This document shows, piece by piece, positions 1 through 9,887 of a stretch of 32,000 nucleotides of DNA (its first letter is position 1; the number at the start of each line of letters is the position of its first letter). This DNA is from Candidatus Saccharimonadota bacterium (GTDB lineage: Archaea; Micrarchaeota; Micrarchaeia; Micrarchaeales; Micrarchaeaceae): positions 330,001-362,000 of the forward strand of contig OY969114.1 in assembly GCA_963698035.1 (NCBI GenBank), written 5' to 3'. The notes under the pieces are model-generated. The model was given only the letters and a program-made list of their open reading frames with translations. It did not search any database and was not told where the DNA came from. The position numbers and the translations under genes were made by a program.

Positions 1-1
1 T

Positions 2-2607
2 GAGAACTTCGCGGAACTTACCCCACCACAGAGGTACACCTTCAAGCTGATACACGACAAGAAGAACGTACTAATCGCCGCGCCAACGGGCAGCGGCAAG
101 ACGATGTCCGGATTCATCTCCATAATAAGCAGACTCTTCGATCTCGCCCTCAAAGGAAAGCTTGAGGGGAGAATATATTGCGTCTACGTTTCTCCGCTTA
201 GGGCGCTGAACAATGACATATACAAGAACCTGACCAGGCCGCTCGACGAGATATACGACATCATAGTGAAGGAGAAAGGCGTCGACATAATAAAGACCAA
301 TATAAAGAAGGTGACGATCGGGATAAGGACGGGTGATACTTCGCAGAAGGAGAGAAGGCAACAGCTCGAAAACCCGCCCAACATACTCGTAACGACTCCC
401 GAGAGCCTTGCGATACTGCTCAATTCAGAAAAGTTCGTGCTGAACTTGAAGGGGCTCGAGTACGTGATAATAGACGAGCTGCATGAGCTCGCGAACAACA
501 AACGGGGAGCGCACCTCTCCATCTCGCTTGAGAGGCTGCGCGATATTTCGGAGAGCAATTTCGTCAGGGTCGGCCTTGGCGCGACACTTCATCCTTTGGA
601 GGAGGCTGCAAAGTTCCTCGTTGGGTGCGAGGGCGGTGCCTCGAGAGATTGCGCGATAGTGGATGCATCATGGAGCAAGAAGCTTGAGATTGTGGTGATG
701 AGCCCCGTAAAGGACCTTGTTTACACGAAAAATGACATAATAGAGGATGCAACCTACGAAGAGCTCAACAGCATAATAAAACGCAGCAAGACCACCTTGA
801 TATTCACTAATACAAGAAGCGGCACTGAGAGGGTCGTCTTCAACCTGAAGAAGCGGTTCAAGTATGGCGAAGATATAGCCGCCCACCACGGCTCGCTTTC
901 CAGGGAGTCCAGGCTGGAGGTGGAGGAGCTTCTAAAGAAGGGCTCCCTGAGGTGCGCGGTCTCGTCTACGAGCCTTGAGCTCGGCATTGACATAGGGTCC
1001 GTAGACAACGTTGTGCAGATGGGATCGCCGAAGAGCGTCACGCGCGCAGTTCAGCGGTTCGGGCGTGCGGGGCACAGCTACAAGGCGGTGGCGAAGGGCG
1101 AGGCGATAGTACTGAACCGGGATGACCTTGTAGAATGCACTGTGATGCTTGACGCTGCGCTCAAGAGGCATCTCGATTCGTTTTCCGTGCCGAAGAACGC
1201 CTTGACGTGCTGTCGCAGCACATAGTTGGCATGTCACTCACCAAGAAGTGGACGGTGGACGAAGCATTCGAGCTGGTCAGGAGGGCATATCCTTACAATA
1301 GCCTTGACAGGAAGGACTTCGTCTACCTTCTCAACTACCTTGCGGGTACCTATGTGGGCCTCGAAAGCCGCAGGGTCTACGGCAAGATATGGTACGACGA
1401 GAAAGAGGGGACCTTCAGCAGGAGGGGCAGATTTACCAAGGTCATCTACATGCTTAATCTGGGGACGATACCGGACGAGGTTGCGATCAACGTCTTAACC
1501 ACCTCAAAGAAGTGGATCGGCAACATAGAGGAGGAGTTCCTCTCGAGGCTCAAGCAGGGAGATATCTTTACTTTGGGAGGGAGGCTCTACAAGTTCGAAT
1601 ATTCGAGAGGGATAAAGTGCTATGTCACTGAGGCGAGCGCTAGCTCACCCACCATTCCGCCGTGGTTCTCGGAGCAGTTGCCGCTCAGCTACGAGCTCGC
1701 CATCGAGATAGGCAGGTTTAGGGGTGTGTTTGCAAAGCTGGTGCAGGGTTGCATAGCAAAATCAAAGGTAAAATCTTTAATAAGGAAGGGCGCGCTTCCT
1801 AAGGAGGCGGACGAGTTTCTAAGCGCTCTGCCGATAGATGCAAATGCGAAGAGTGCGATCTTCGGCTACTTCGTAGAGCAGCTGCTCTTCGCGAAGGAGG
1901 TGCCGAACGACAAGCTCCTGCTCATAGAATCCTCAATGGAGGCGGATTCCGAGAAGAGGCTCCTCATATTCCATTCGCTGTTCGGCCGCAGGGTCAACGA
2001 CGCCCTCTCTAGGGCATTCGCGATGAAACTGGGAGAAATGCTCGACATAGATGTCGGGATTATGGTGAACGACAACGGGTTTGTGCTGTCTACCACGGAG
2101 GACGTTGAGCTTGACGGGGATGGGGTCGACGACCTCGTCTCGGACGTGGCGAGCGTAAAGCTTGAGCAGCTCCTCAAGAAGAACATAAGAAAGACCGAGC
2201 TTATGAGGAGGCGCTTCAGGCATGTTGCTGCGAGAAGCTTCATGATACTGAGGAACTACAAGGGCTACAAGATGACCGTGGGCAGGCAGCAGGTAAACTC
2301 GCAGCTGATACTGAAGGCTGCGGAGGAGATAGACCCGGATTTCCCGATAATAAAGGAGGTCTACAGGGAGATATTCAACGATGTTATGGACCTGCCAAGG
2401 ACAAAGGAGCTGCTTGAGGGGATAACGAGAGGCGATATCTCCTACAAGTTCATAGAGACGCCAATTCCATCGCCATTTGCGCACGGCATGATAACCTTCG
2501 GCCATACAGATACGGTGCTAATGAAGGAAAGGCAGAGGTACCTGCAGTCGCTGCACGAGCTCGTGATGGAGAGGATAAAGAAGGGGGACAATGAAACTGA
2601 CAGATGA
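2..2607 (+). CDS. lhr: Lhr-type (Lhr-core) SF2 DExH helicase; 5'-partial at the window edge; split by one frameshift near nt 1204 as assembled
   Basis: Frame 2 is open from nt 2. Helicase motifs present: I APTGSGKT (nt 77-103), II DELH, III GATL, V HHGSLSRESR, VI QRFGRAGH. ORF 1207..2607 continues the Lhr-core C-terminal domains. Homology runs straight across the junction (PKNAL|DVLSQHIVG) and needs a 1-nt correction at ~1204. Confidence 0.85.
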
Positions 2608-3340
2608 CGTGGAGCTCCTGGACGGGGTGCCAGTCGTTTTCATTAGGAGCATGAACGCAATCGTGATAGCGGACCCGCACCTCGGATACGAGGGGGTGAT
2701 GGCAAAGAGGGGAGTTCTAATACCGAAGGTCAACCTGAAGTCGATATGCAAGATTGTGGAAAGTGCGCTGACGCTGACAAAAGCAAAGACAGTCATAGTG
2801 GATGGCGATATAAAGAATGAATTCTCGACAGTAGACGAAGAGGAGTTCAACGAGCTATACGATTTTATAAATTTCATGAAAGAGATGAATGTCGAAGTTG
2901 TGCTGATAAAGGGGAACCACGACAACTTCGTTGAGCGGTACGGGGATTCGCTCGGGCTAAAGATCTACAGGCAGGAAGCACGCATAAAGGGATATCTGTT
3001 CTTCCACGGCGAGGAGCTGCCTCAGGGCTTGAACAGGGACACAAAGCTGCTCATAATGGGGCACGAGCACCCCGCCATAGCGATATATAACAAGGCGGGG
3101 AAGAGAGAGAAGCTGCGCTGCTTCCTCTACGGAACCTTCAAGAGGAAGAAGCTCCTTGTGCTGCCAGCTATAAACTATTTTGCCTCTGGCATGGATATAA
3201 ATGCAGTGCCTGAAGAGGAGCTTCTTGCACCCATATTTGAACAGGTTAACGTAGGCAAGATGAAGGCGATTGCCATTGGTTATGGCTCTACAATCGACTT
3301 TGGTACAATAAGCGAACTGAGAAGCGCGCTTACTGAATGA
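2591..3340 (+). CDS. Calcineurin-like metallophosphoesterase (archaeal SbcD/Mre11-related MPE family), coupled to Lhr
   Basis: The ATG at 2591 follows a GGGGG run and overlaps the helicase stop by 17 nt. MPE motifs occur in order: DPH (ADPHLG), GD (VDGDIKNE), GNHD, FFHGE, GHEH. An Lhr-MPE gene pair is an established arrangement. Confidence 0.8.
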   Translation: MKLTDDVELLDGVPVVFIRSMNAIVIADPHLGYEGVMAKRGVLIPKVNLKSICKIVESALTLTKAKTVIVDGDIKNEFSTVDEEEFNELYDFINFMKEMNVEVVLIKGNHDNFVERYGDSLGLKIYRQEARIKGYLFFHGEELPQGLNRDTKLLIMGHEHPAIAIYNKAGKREKLRCFLYGTFKRKKLLVLPAINYFASGMDINAVPEEELLAPIFEQVNVGKMKAIAIGYGSTIDFGTISELRSALTE

Positions 3341-4870
3341 TCAGTGCAAAAGCCCTATATAGAGCCAGGGGAGGGCATTTAATGCAAGGCCGATTATTAT
3401 CAGCGCCATTACGAACCTTGTTATCCTGTTGTCCTTTATGTTGGTCTTGTATATCCTCCAGCCGTCGAAGCCTGGTATCGGCAAGAGGTTCACTATCGCG
3501 ATCAGGAAGTTGAGTATGAATGATAGTGAGAAGAGGGTGTAGAAGAAGTACGCCGTCTTTGCGTACGCGGTGTTAGCAATTGCCTCCTCCTGCACGGCTG
3601 TTATGCCAATGTAGCCTCGTGAAGAGCCATTTATCGAAATTGCGGCTATGCTGTAATTGCTGAAGGTGCATGCAAGCCCAGAAGTAGGATTGCAGCTTGC
3701 AGAGAGCGCGGAAACGCGTACAATTGCACCGGGGATGTCGTTCTGACCCGCCACCTCTAGGGAGGTTATATTGTTTACCTTGTATCCGTTCCAGTAGAGT
3801 ATCTGCATTCCGAATGTGAGTATTCCGTTAGCAGGCGTATTGGATGCTACGCTATTGATGAAGACACCCGTACTCTGGTAGATGTATGGGACAACGAAGA
3901 TGAGCATGGCGAACATCAGCAGGAAGAAAACTATGGCAGCTATGAAGTTGGATGATATCCCTGCGGCAGATATCCAGTTCTGCTTCTCCTTGTTAAGTCT
4001 CTGGACTGCCTTCTCGTCCGGCTCTACAAACGCGCCTATTGGTATCACGCCAAAAAGCAGCACGCCTATCTGTTTGAGCTTTACCTTCGCTATTCTTGCC
4101 AGTATGCCATGCGACATCTCGTGTATCGTCAGTATTATAATGAGCGAGACTATGCCTGCAATTAAAGGTATGTCTATTCCAGGTATCACAGGCGCGACTC
4201 CGGGTATCTGATTGGTGAGGAGCGAGGTCTGCGGATTGCCGTTGTAGCTTGATATCGCGTATATAATGCTGTTGGAGAAAATGCTGGCTGCATTGTAGAG
4301 GAGCGAGGCAATCATGAAGCCTGAGAAGCCGAATATTAGGGTGATGGCGTAAATTATGTAGCCTGTAAGCGTAAGCCCTCTAAAAGAGGGTATGCATGCT
4401 GAGGCAGCTGCGGCTGCGTAGCTCTGCAGACCTGGCACATGCACGAACTGGAGAGGTAGGGCTGTACAGGGTATCATAAAGTAAAGTATTACGGCGATGG
4501 AGACGATGCCTAGAGCGAAAATCCTCTTGTCGATCTTGCCTTTGAGCAGGAAATATGAGAAGACCCCGAAGCCGAGCACCATGCCCCATGTCGACATGTG
4601 CTTCCAGAAGTTAACATTTTTCCTGGATATCCTGTCCACCGTATTTATGCCCTTCTTGCTTCCCGCCATGTAGAGTCCATACCCTCCCTTCAGGCCCTTT
4701 ATCTTCTGGATGCAGATGCCCGAAATGACCAGGGTCGAGAGTGCCAGTATCACCTGGACTATCGCCCCCAGGGCTGCCGCGTAGTAGTCGAGCACTATTA
4801 TTGCGAACCCGAGTATGAATATCACAACAACCAGCAGGTTGGCTAGGCTCGATTTTGGATCTAATCGCAT
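3341..4870 (-). CDS. Site-2 protease family (peptidase M50) membrane metalloprotease with a soluble insert (PDZ-like position)
   Basis: 509-aa polytopic ORF. HExxH (HEMSHG) lies in a hydrophobic segment and the second S2P signature NLLPIPGFDG is near the C-terminus. The soluble region between them carries N-x-S/T sequons. Its stop codon abuts the MPE stop (3340/3341). Confidence 0.8.
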   Translation of the reverse strand: MRLDPKSSLANLLVVVIFILGFAIIVLDYYAAALGAIVQVILALSTLVISGICIQKIKGLKGGYGLYMAGSKKGINTVDRISRKNVNFWKHMSTWGMVLGFGVFSYFLLKGKIDKRIFALGIVSIAVILYFMIPCTALPLQFVHVPGLQSYAAAAASACIPSFRGLTLTGYIIYAITLIFGFSGFMIASLLYNAASIFSNSIIYAISSYNGNPQTSLLTNQIPGVAPVIPGIDIPLIAGIVSLIIILTIHEMSHGILARIAKVKLKQIGVLLFGVIPIGAFVEPDEKAVQRLNKEKQNWISAAGISSNFIAAIVFFLLMFAMLIFVVPYIYQSTGVFINSVASNTPANGILTFGMQILYWNGYKVNNITSLEVAGQNDIPGAIVRVSALSASCNPTSGLACTFSNYSIAAISINGSSRGYIGITAVQEEAIANTAYAKTAYFFYTLFSLSFILNFLIAIVNLLPIPGFDGWRIYKTNIKDNRITRFVMALIIIGLALNALPWLYIGLLH

Positions 4871-4931
4871 AGGATTAGGTTACATCATTAAGGCTTAAAT
4901 TAATACAGGAAAGAATATACTGGGTAATGGG

Positions 4932-5372
4932 ATGGAAGATTGCGAGCTTTGCGGTCGGCAGATGAAAGATGTTTATATTGTATCGGTAGAGGGCGTGGAC
5001 CTGCGCGTCTGCCAGAACTGCGTGAAGGGCAAGAAGGTAATATACAGAGCGGTTGACGAGCCGAGGGGGACACCGAGGAAGACCATAAAGAAGACAGAAG
5101 AAGAGGTAGAGCTTGTCGAGGGCTACGGCAGTAAAATCCATGCGGCGAGGGACCGAATGCAGATTCCCTTGAAGGTCCTGAGCGAGATGATAAATGAGAA
5201 GGAGGCACACCTGCTAAGGGTGGAGGAGGAAAAGACACAGCCATCCGTAGAGCTTACAAAGAAACTGGAGAAGGCACTCAACATAAAGATAACGCAGCAG
5301 CACGGTAACGACCCAAAAGTGCACACCAATAAATCAGGTAGCGTGACGTTGGGGGACTTCTTTTCTAAGTGA
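4932..5372 (+). CDS. mbf1: Archaeal multiprotein-bridging factor 1 (aMBF1): zinc ribbon + XRE-type HTH
   Basis: N-terminal CxxC...CxxC (CELCG...CQNC) is followed by an HTH-like segment (IHAARDRMQIPLKVLSEMINEKEAHLLRVE). 146 aa with typical aMBF1 layout. Confidence 0.75.
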   Translation: MEDCELCGRQMKDVYIVSVEGVDLRVCQNCVKGKKVIYRAVDEPRGTPRKTIKKTEEEVELVEGYGSKIHAARDRMQIPLKVLSEMINEKEAHLLRVEEEKTQPSVELTKKLEKALNIKITQQHGNDPKVHTNKSGSVTLGDFFSK

Positions 5373-5376
5373 TAAT

Positions 5377-6417
5377 ATGTCAGTAAACCTCGCCAAACTT
5401 GCTGTAAAGAGGAAGATTGCGCTTAATGAGCTGAATGGCAAGACGATAGCGATAGACGCCTATAATGTCCTTTATCAATTCCTTACTATAATAAGAGGGC
5501 CCGACGGGACGCCTCTCATGGACTTCCACGGAAATGTTACCAGCCACCTGTCTGGCCTTTTCTACAGGACGATAGAACTTGTCGATAATGGTATAAGGCC
5601 GATATACGTCTTCGATGGCATACCGTCGATGCTGAAGCAGAAGACCATTGAGGCGAGAATGAACAGAAGGGAGGAGGCTTATAAGGCGTGGCAGCAGGCG
5701 AAAGAAGTCGGAGAGGAAGAGGAGGCAAAGAAGTATGCGCAACAAAGTACCAGAATAAACAGATACATAGTAGAGAGCGCAAAGGAGCTGCTAGATTATA
5801 TGGGAGTTGTCCACATAAATGCTCCGAGCGAGGGCGAAGCGCAGGCATGCGAGATGTGCAAGAAAGGCTTGGTCTACTCCGCTGCGAGCCAAGACTATGA
5901 TACGCTGCTGTTTGCCACACCTAGAGTGATAAGAAACGTGACGATAAGCGGAAGAAGAAAGCTGCCCAGAAAAAACGTGTATATCAATATAGAGCCGGAG
6001 ATGATAAACCTCCAAGAAACGCTAAAAAGCATAGGAATAAACCAGAAGCAGCTCATATGGGTCGGCATACTTCTTGGCACCGATTTCAATGACGGGATAG
6101 GGGGGGTGGGCCCGGTAACGGCGGTAAAGATAGCAAAAACCGCAAATTCAATCTCTGATATAGAGAGGTACGTTAAGGAGAAATACAACCAAGAGTTCGA
6201 GCTTGATATAAGAGAGGTAGAAGACCTGTTCACCAAGCCGGAAGTATCTGATATCAACCTGAAAGATCTTAGCAGGGAGCTCGATGTGCTGCCTGATAAG
6301 AAGAAGATGATGGACTTCATGTGCAAGGAGCACGACTTCTCAACGGAGAGGATTGGAAAGTTCGTAGAGAAGCTCTGGGAGAAAAGAGCCTCGGCAAAGC
6401 AGCAGAGACTATTTTAA
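5377..6417 (+). CDS. fen: Flap endonuclease 1 (FEN-1)
   Basis: 346 aa with XPG-N (IAIDAYNVLYQFL), XPG-I (APSEGEAQ) and an H3TH region (GTDFNDGIGGVGP). It starts 4 nt after the mbf1 stop. Confidence 0.95.
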   Translation: MSVNLAKLAVKRKIALNELNGKTIAIDAYNVLYQFLTIIRGPDGTPLMDFHGNVTSHLSGLFYRTIELVDNGIRPIYVFDGIPSMLKQKTIEARMNRREEAYKAWQQAKEVGEEEEAKKYAQQSTRINRYIVESAKELLDYMGVVHINAPSEGEAQACEMCKKGLVYSAASQDYDTLLFATPRVIRNVTISGRRKLPRKNVYINIEPEMINLQETLKSIGINQKQLIWVGILLGTDFNDGIGGVGPVTAVKIAKTANSISDIERYVKEKYNQEFELDIREVEDLFTKPEVSDINLKDLSRELDVLPDKKKMMDFMCKEHDFSTERIGKFVEKLWEKRASAKQQRLF

Positions 6418-6443
6418 TCTTTTGGTCTTGATAGACGCTAGCA

Positions 6444-9400
6444 TTACATGAATTTGGATAGGTTGAACTGCTTCGCCTCACCATCTGCGGTTGTTTCGCC
6501 AAAGACGTTCTGTATCTCGTACTTGAGTAGGTATATCCTCTGCTTCATATAGGGCTCCAGGTCGTACCGCTCCGCAAGGTCGGTTGCGGTCTTTAGGTAC
6601 TTCTCTATGCCGCCCTTTGATATTGTCAGTAGGATCTTGCCCTTGCATCTCGTGCACCTCCCTATCAAAGGTATCCTCCTGTACTTTGCATTGCATGATG
6701 AGCACCTAAACCCCTGCTGCGAGTATGAGTGGAGGTTGCCCATTAGGTCCCTTATGAAATGGTTTGATATCAGCCTCCTTGCCGTGTCCCTCTTGTCTAT
6801 GCTGTAGAGCCTATCCATCAGCTTGAACTGAAGGTCGATCTTCTCATCCATCGTCTTCAGTTTTGTGTAGATGCTCTTGACAGGCGCGTCTATGAGCGCC
6901 ATTGCCGTGCTCTTGTGGGTGAACTCAAGCCCGTCGTATATGGATTCCTTGTTGAGCCTGCTCCCTACGCTCTCGACAACTGCCTCGGAGGGCGGCGACT
7001 TCTCCAAGGTCTTGAGATAGAAGTCAAGACCGTAGTACTTTACAACTTCCATCTGCCACGCCTCGTCGTCGACCTCTTCAGGCTTTACGTTGACTGTGAG
7101 TATGAGCGGTGCATCCATCGTGCCTCCGATCATGCTTGGCAGGTACTTTCTGGAGAAGTTTAGGAGCGCATCAAGCAGCAGCATGGTGGTATCCTCATCA
7201 CCATCGCAATTCCTCCTCCTTGCGGTGATGGTGTAGGGATGCGCAAGGCCTACGTTCGCTTCGGTGAAACCTATTATTCTACCCAGTACCCCGGCGGAGG
7301 TGTGCGGCGACAGCGTTATTACATACTGGCCAATAATGTCTTCTTTCGCCTGCGCATTGTAGAAGGGCTCTATCCCATAATAGTTGACAAGGAGGGCGTC
7401 GACAAACTTCGATACCTTGAGAAGATATTCGCCGCACCTGTTGTTTACTATCAGGTCCTGATGCCTTAGCTCAACGAGCTGGTCTCCCCTCTCGAGCCTC
7501 TCCCCGTTGCAATCTTCTGTGTAACCCAGCTCGGCCAGCTTCCCCACGCTTGTAGATATCTCATTGGGGTAGAAGTGGGTGATAGGTGCGTCTGTTGCAT
7601 CGAACCTAGAGGTTCCATCCTTGAAGGTGTAGACCCCGAAGAGGCTCCTCAGGACCGCCTTCTCTACAGGTTCTGGTATCCTGTCCTTGTTCATCAGCCT
7701 TTTTACCCCCTTTATCGTCTTGGGGAGAATGTCGATTTGCAGCCTTTGCTTAGCCCCGTCTAGCTCCCTTGCTATGTCCAACCTTCTCATCGAGCTCCCG
7801 GTAGTCTTGCTTCCGCAGTAGCCGCATTTCTGCTCGGTTGACTTTCTTCCACAGCTGGGGCATATCCTCTCGGTCACTGCTTTGCAGCCGTGCACTGCGC
7901 AGTATGGCGAGCTGAGCTGCTCACCACCCTTTGCGCACCTGTAATTGGCGATCTCGACCTCTGCACCGAGGCCGCTGAACTGCTTCTTTGCTATGAAGTA
8001 TGCCTTTGAGAGATTCCTCTCCTTTCCGCCTGCCTCCCCTACCGGAAATATGCCATTCGGCGCTGGCTTCATTAGCCTCTCTCTTGCCTTCTCGGGCCTT
8101 CCGATTCTTGCGCCAATCGTCGAGGACCTCTGCATTATCGTGAATGGGGAAACGCTGTTCAGCGCTGCCACTGTGTCTTCTCCATTATATTTTTCGGGTA
8201 TGCCGGTATCAAGGTTTATCTTTTCGTCTTTCGTCAGGCCGAGGGACGCAACCAGGCTCTGTGCATCGCCCCCTTTTATCCTTATTCCATTGCTCTCCTC
8301 GTGCGGTATGCAGAGGCTTTCCACCTGTATCCTGACTGAGTTTGCCGCAGGCTCGCCTATCGATATTTCTTCCAGGTCGAATATGCTGCTGCCCTTCGCC
8401 TTTATACCTGCCGATATTACCACGTTGGCGAGGTTCTTGACCTCCTGGACGGTGAGCTCATGGTAATCGTACAAATATTTAGGATGTATGGGGACCTTGT
8501 ACTTCTTTGAGAAGCCGTATGCGCTTTCAAAGCTGTTGACCTCGGGCATATCCCCCTCGTAGCCATTCTTCTTCAGCTGCGCATACCAGAACTCCTCGAC
8601 ATAGCTCGTTGGCACAAGCGGCGTGTTGCTCTTCTTGAAGTCCCCTAGAGTTATGAGCATGTCTCCCACGCTGAGGATTTTGTCAACCTGCCCCGTGAGC
8701 TGCCTTGCATGCTCGGCGCTGTTGACCCTGAATGCCTCCCCGCTCTTGAGCTTGACGAACGGCCCCTCAATGGTGTCAACTGGCATGGCTATGCTGCCCT
8801 TGCCTGGTTTCTCTATCTTTACCTGGGTGCCGGTAGCTATGAACTCATCTAGTATTATCATCGTGGCGGGGCTGAACCCCTTGGCTGCGATTCCGGTCAG
8901 CCTGGACCTGCCGTACCTAAGCCTGAATCCTCCTCTATGGTTGGGGTAAGATATCACGGGGCGCCCTCCCACGAGCTCCTTTAGGAAGGCCGGATCATTC
9001 CTTTCCTCCCTCATTCCTGCACCGAAGGTGGCTTTGTCGACCTTTATTATCTCGTTGAGCCAACTCCAGTCTAGGCCGGCAGCTTTCGCATACTTGAGAA
9101 CGCTCTTCGACTTCTGTGCAATCCCTTCGCAGACGACCAGGGCCACGCCTCCCCTCACCCTGTTTGTCATAACCTTCTCTGTTCCATCTATCTCGAGGCG
9201 TTTCACATTCCTGTGGACACTTACCTCTATCTCTTCGGTCGGCATCCCGTCCACGCAGACCGGGGAGTTTTCAAGTATCATCCTTATGTCATGCTCGCTT
9301 GGGAGGTATTGCAGATGCTTTCCGCTCCTGGTATGGTAAAGTAGTATCTCCTCCAGGCACCTCTCCACCTCGGTCTTCTGCGGCTTGTATTGGTCTACTC

Positions 9401-9887
9401 CCAGCAGCTTCCTTGCGTAATCGCAGAGAGTGACCGAAAGAGCCGCGGCCGTTCCTCCAGCACTCCTTATAGGGCCTGCGTATATCACGGCTGCATACTC
9501 GGTACCGTCCGGGTTCTTGTGCAGTTCGATTCCTGGCAGCCCCTCTGTTGGGGCTACGAGTATCCCCTCTGTTAGGATTGATAGGCCTACCCTGACCGCG
9601 AGAGTCATTCTTTCTACCTTCTCCATCGCAAACCTATCATTAGTACATATCTCTTTTACCATCTCGAATGCAAGCTCCTGCCTCGACTTTCCGTCGCTTT
9701 TCTCTTTTATCAGCGCTGCAAGGTTCGCCACGCCAATTATCCCTTCCACTCTTGAAGGCAGGTCCGGGGCGGGTTTTATCTCGATAAATGTCTCTGGGTC
9801 GTATCCCTTTTGGCGCGCCCTTGTAGCGACAGCATAAGCTCTCTCGGTGGCCTTGTTGAACTCCTTGAAGTATTCCTCTATTTTCAT
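6444..9887 (-). CDS. polC: DNA polymerase II (PolD) large subunit DP2
   Basis: 1147-aa ORF collinear with DP2. It has Cys-cluster zinc modules (CPSCG..CGYCG; CSSCN..CTRC) and a C-terminal PIP-like QFNLSKFM. It overlaps DP1 by 4 nt. No intein-sized insertion. Confidence 0.95.
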   Translation of the reverse strand: MKIEEYFKEFNKATERAYAVATRARQKGYDPETFIEIKPAPDLPSRVEGIIGVANLAALIKEKSDGKSRQELAFEMVKEICTNDRFAMEKVERMTLAVRVGLSILTEGILVAPTEGLPGIELHKNPDGTEYAAVIYAGPIRSAGGTAAALSVTLCDYARKLLGVDQYKPQKTEVERCLEEILLYHTRSGKHLQYLPSEHDIRMILENSPVCVDGMPTEEIEVSVHRNVKRLEIDGTEKVMTNRVRGGVALVVCEGIAQKSKSVLKYAKAAGLDWSWLNEIIKVDKATFGAGMREERNDPAFLKELVGGRPVISYPNHRGGFRLRYGRSRLTGIAAKGFSPATMIILDEFIATGTQVKIEKPGKGSIAMPVDTIEGPFVKLKSGEAFRVNSAEHARQLTGQVDKILSVGDMLITLGDFKKSNTPLVPTSYVEEFWYAQLKKNGYEGDMPEVNSFESAYGFSKKYKVPIHPKYLYDYHELTVQEVKNLANVVISAGIKAKGSSIFDLEEISIGEPAANSVRIQVESLCIPHEESNGIRIKGGDAQSLVASLGLTKDEKINLDTGIPEKYNGEDTVAALNSVSPFTIMQRSSTIGARIGRPEKARERLMKPAPNGIFPVGEAGGKERNLSKAYFIAKKQFSGLGAEVEIANYRCAKGGEQLSSPYCAVHGCKAVTERICPSCGRKSTEQKCGYCGSKTTGSSMRRLDIARELDGAKQRLQIDILPKTIKGVKRLMNKDRIPEPVEKAVLRSLFGVYTFKDGTSRFDATDAPITHFYPNEISTSVGKLAELGYTEDCNGERLERGDQLVELRHQDLIVNNRCGEYLLKVSKFVDALLVNYYGIEPFYNAQAKEDIIGQYVITLSPHTSAGVLGRIIGFTEANVGLAHPYTITARRRNCDGDEDTTMLLLDALLNFSRKYLPSMIGGTMDAPLILTVNVKPEEVDDEAWQMEVVKYYGLDFYLKTLEKSPPSEAVVESVGSRLNKESIYDGLEFTHKSTAMALIDAPVKSIYTKLKTMDEKIDLQFKLMDRLYSIDKRDTARRLISNHFIRDLMGNLHSYSQQGFRCSSCNAKYRRIPLIGRCTRCKGKILLTISKGGIEKYLKTATDLAERYDLEPYMKQRIYLLKYEIQNVFGETTADGEAKQFNLSKFM

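Noticed and set aside
1190-1225. Programmed -1 ribosomal frameshift in lhr
   Set aside because: There is no slippery heptamer or stimulatory structure. The shift maps to a GG dinucleotide, which is consistent with a 1-nt deletion.
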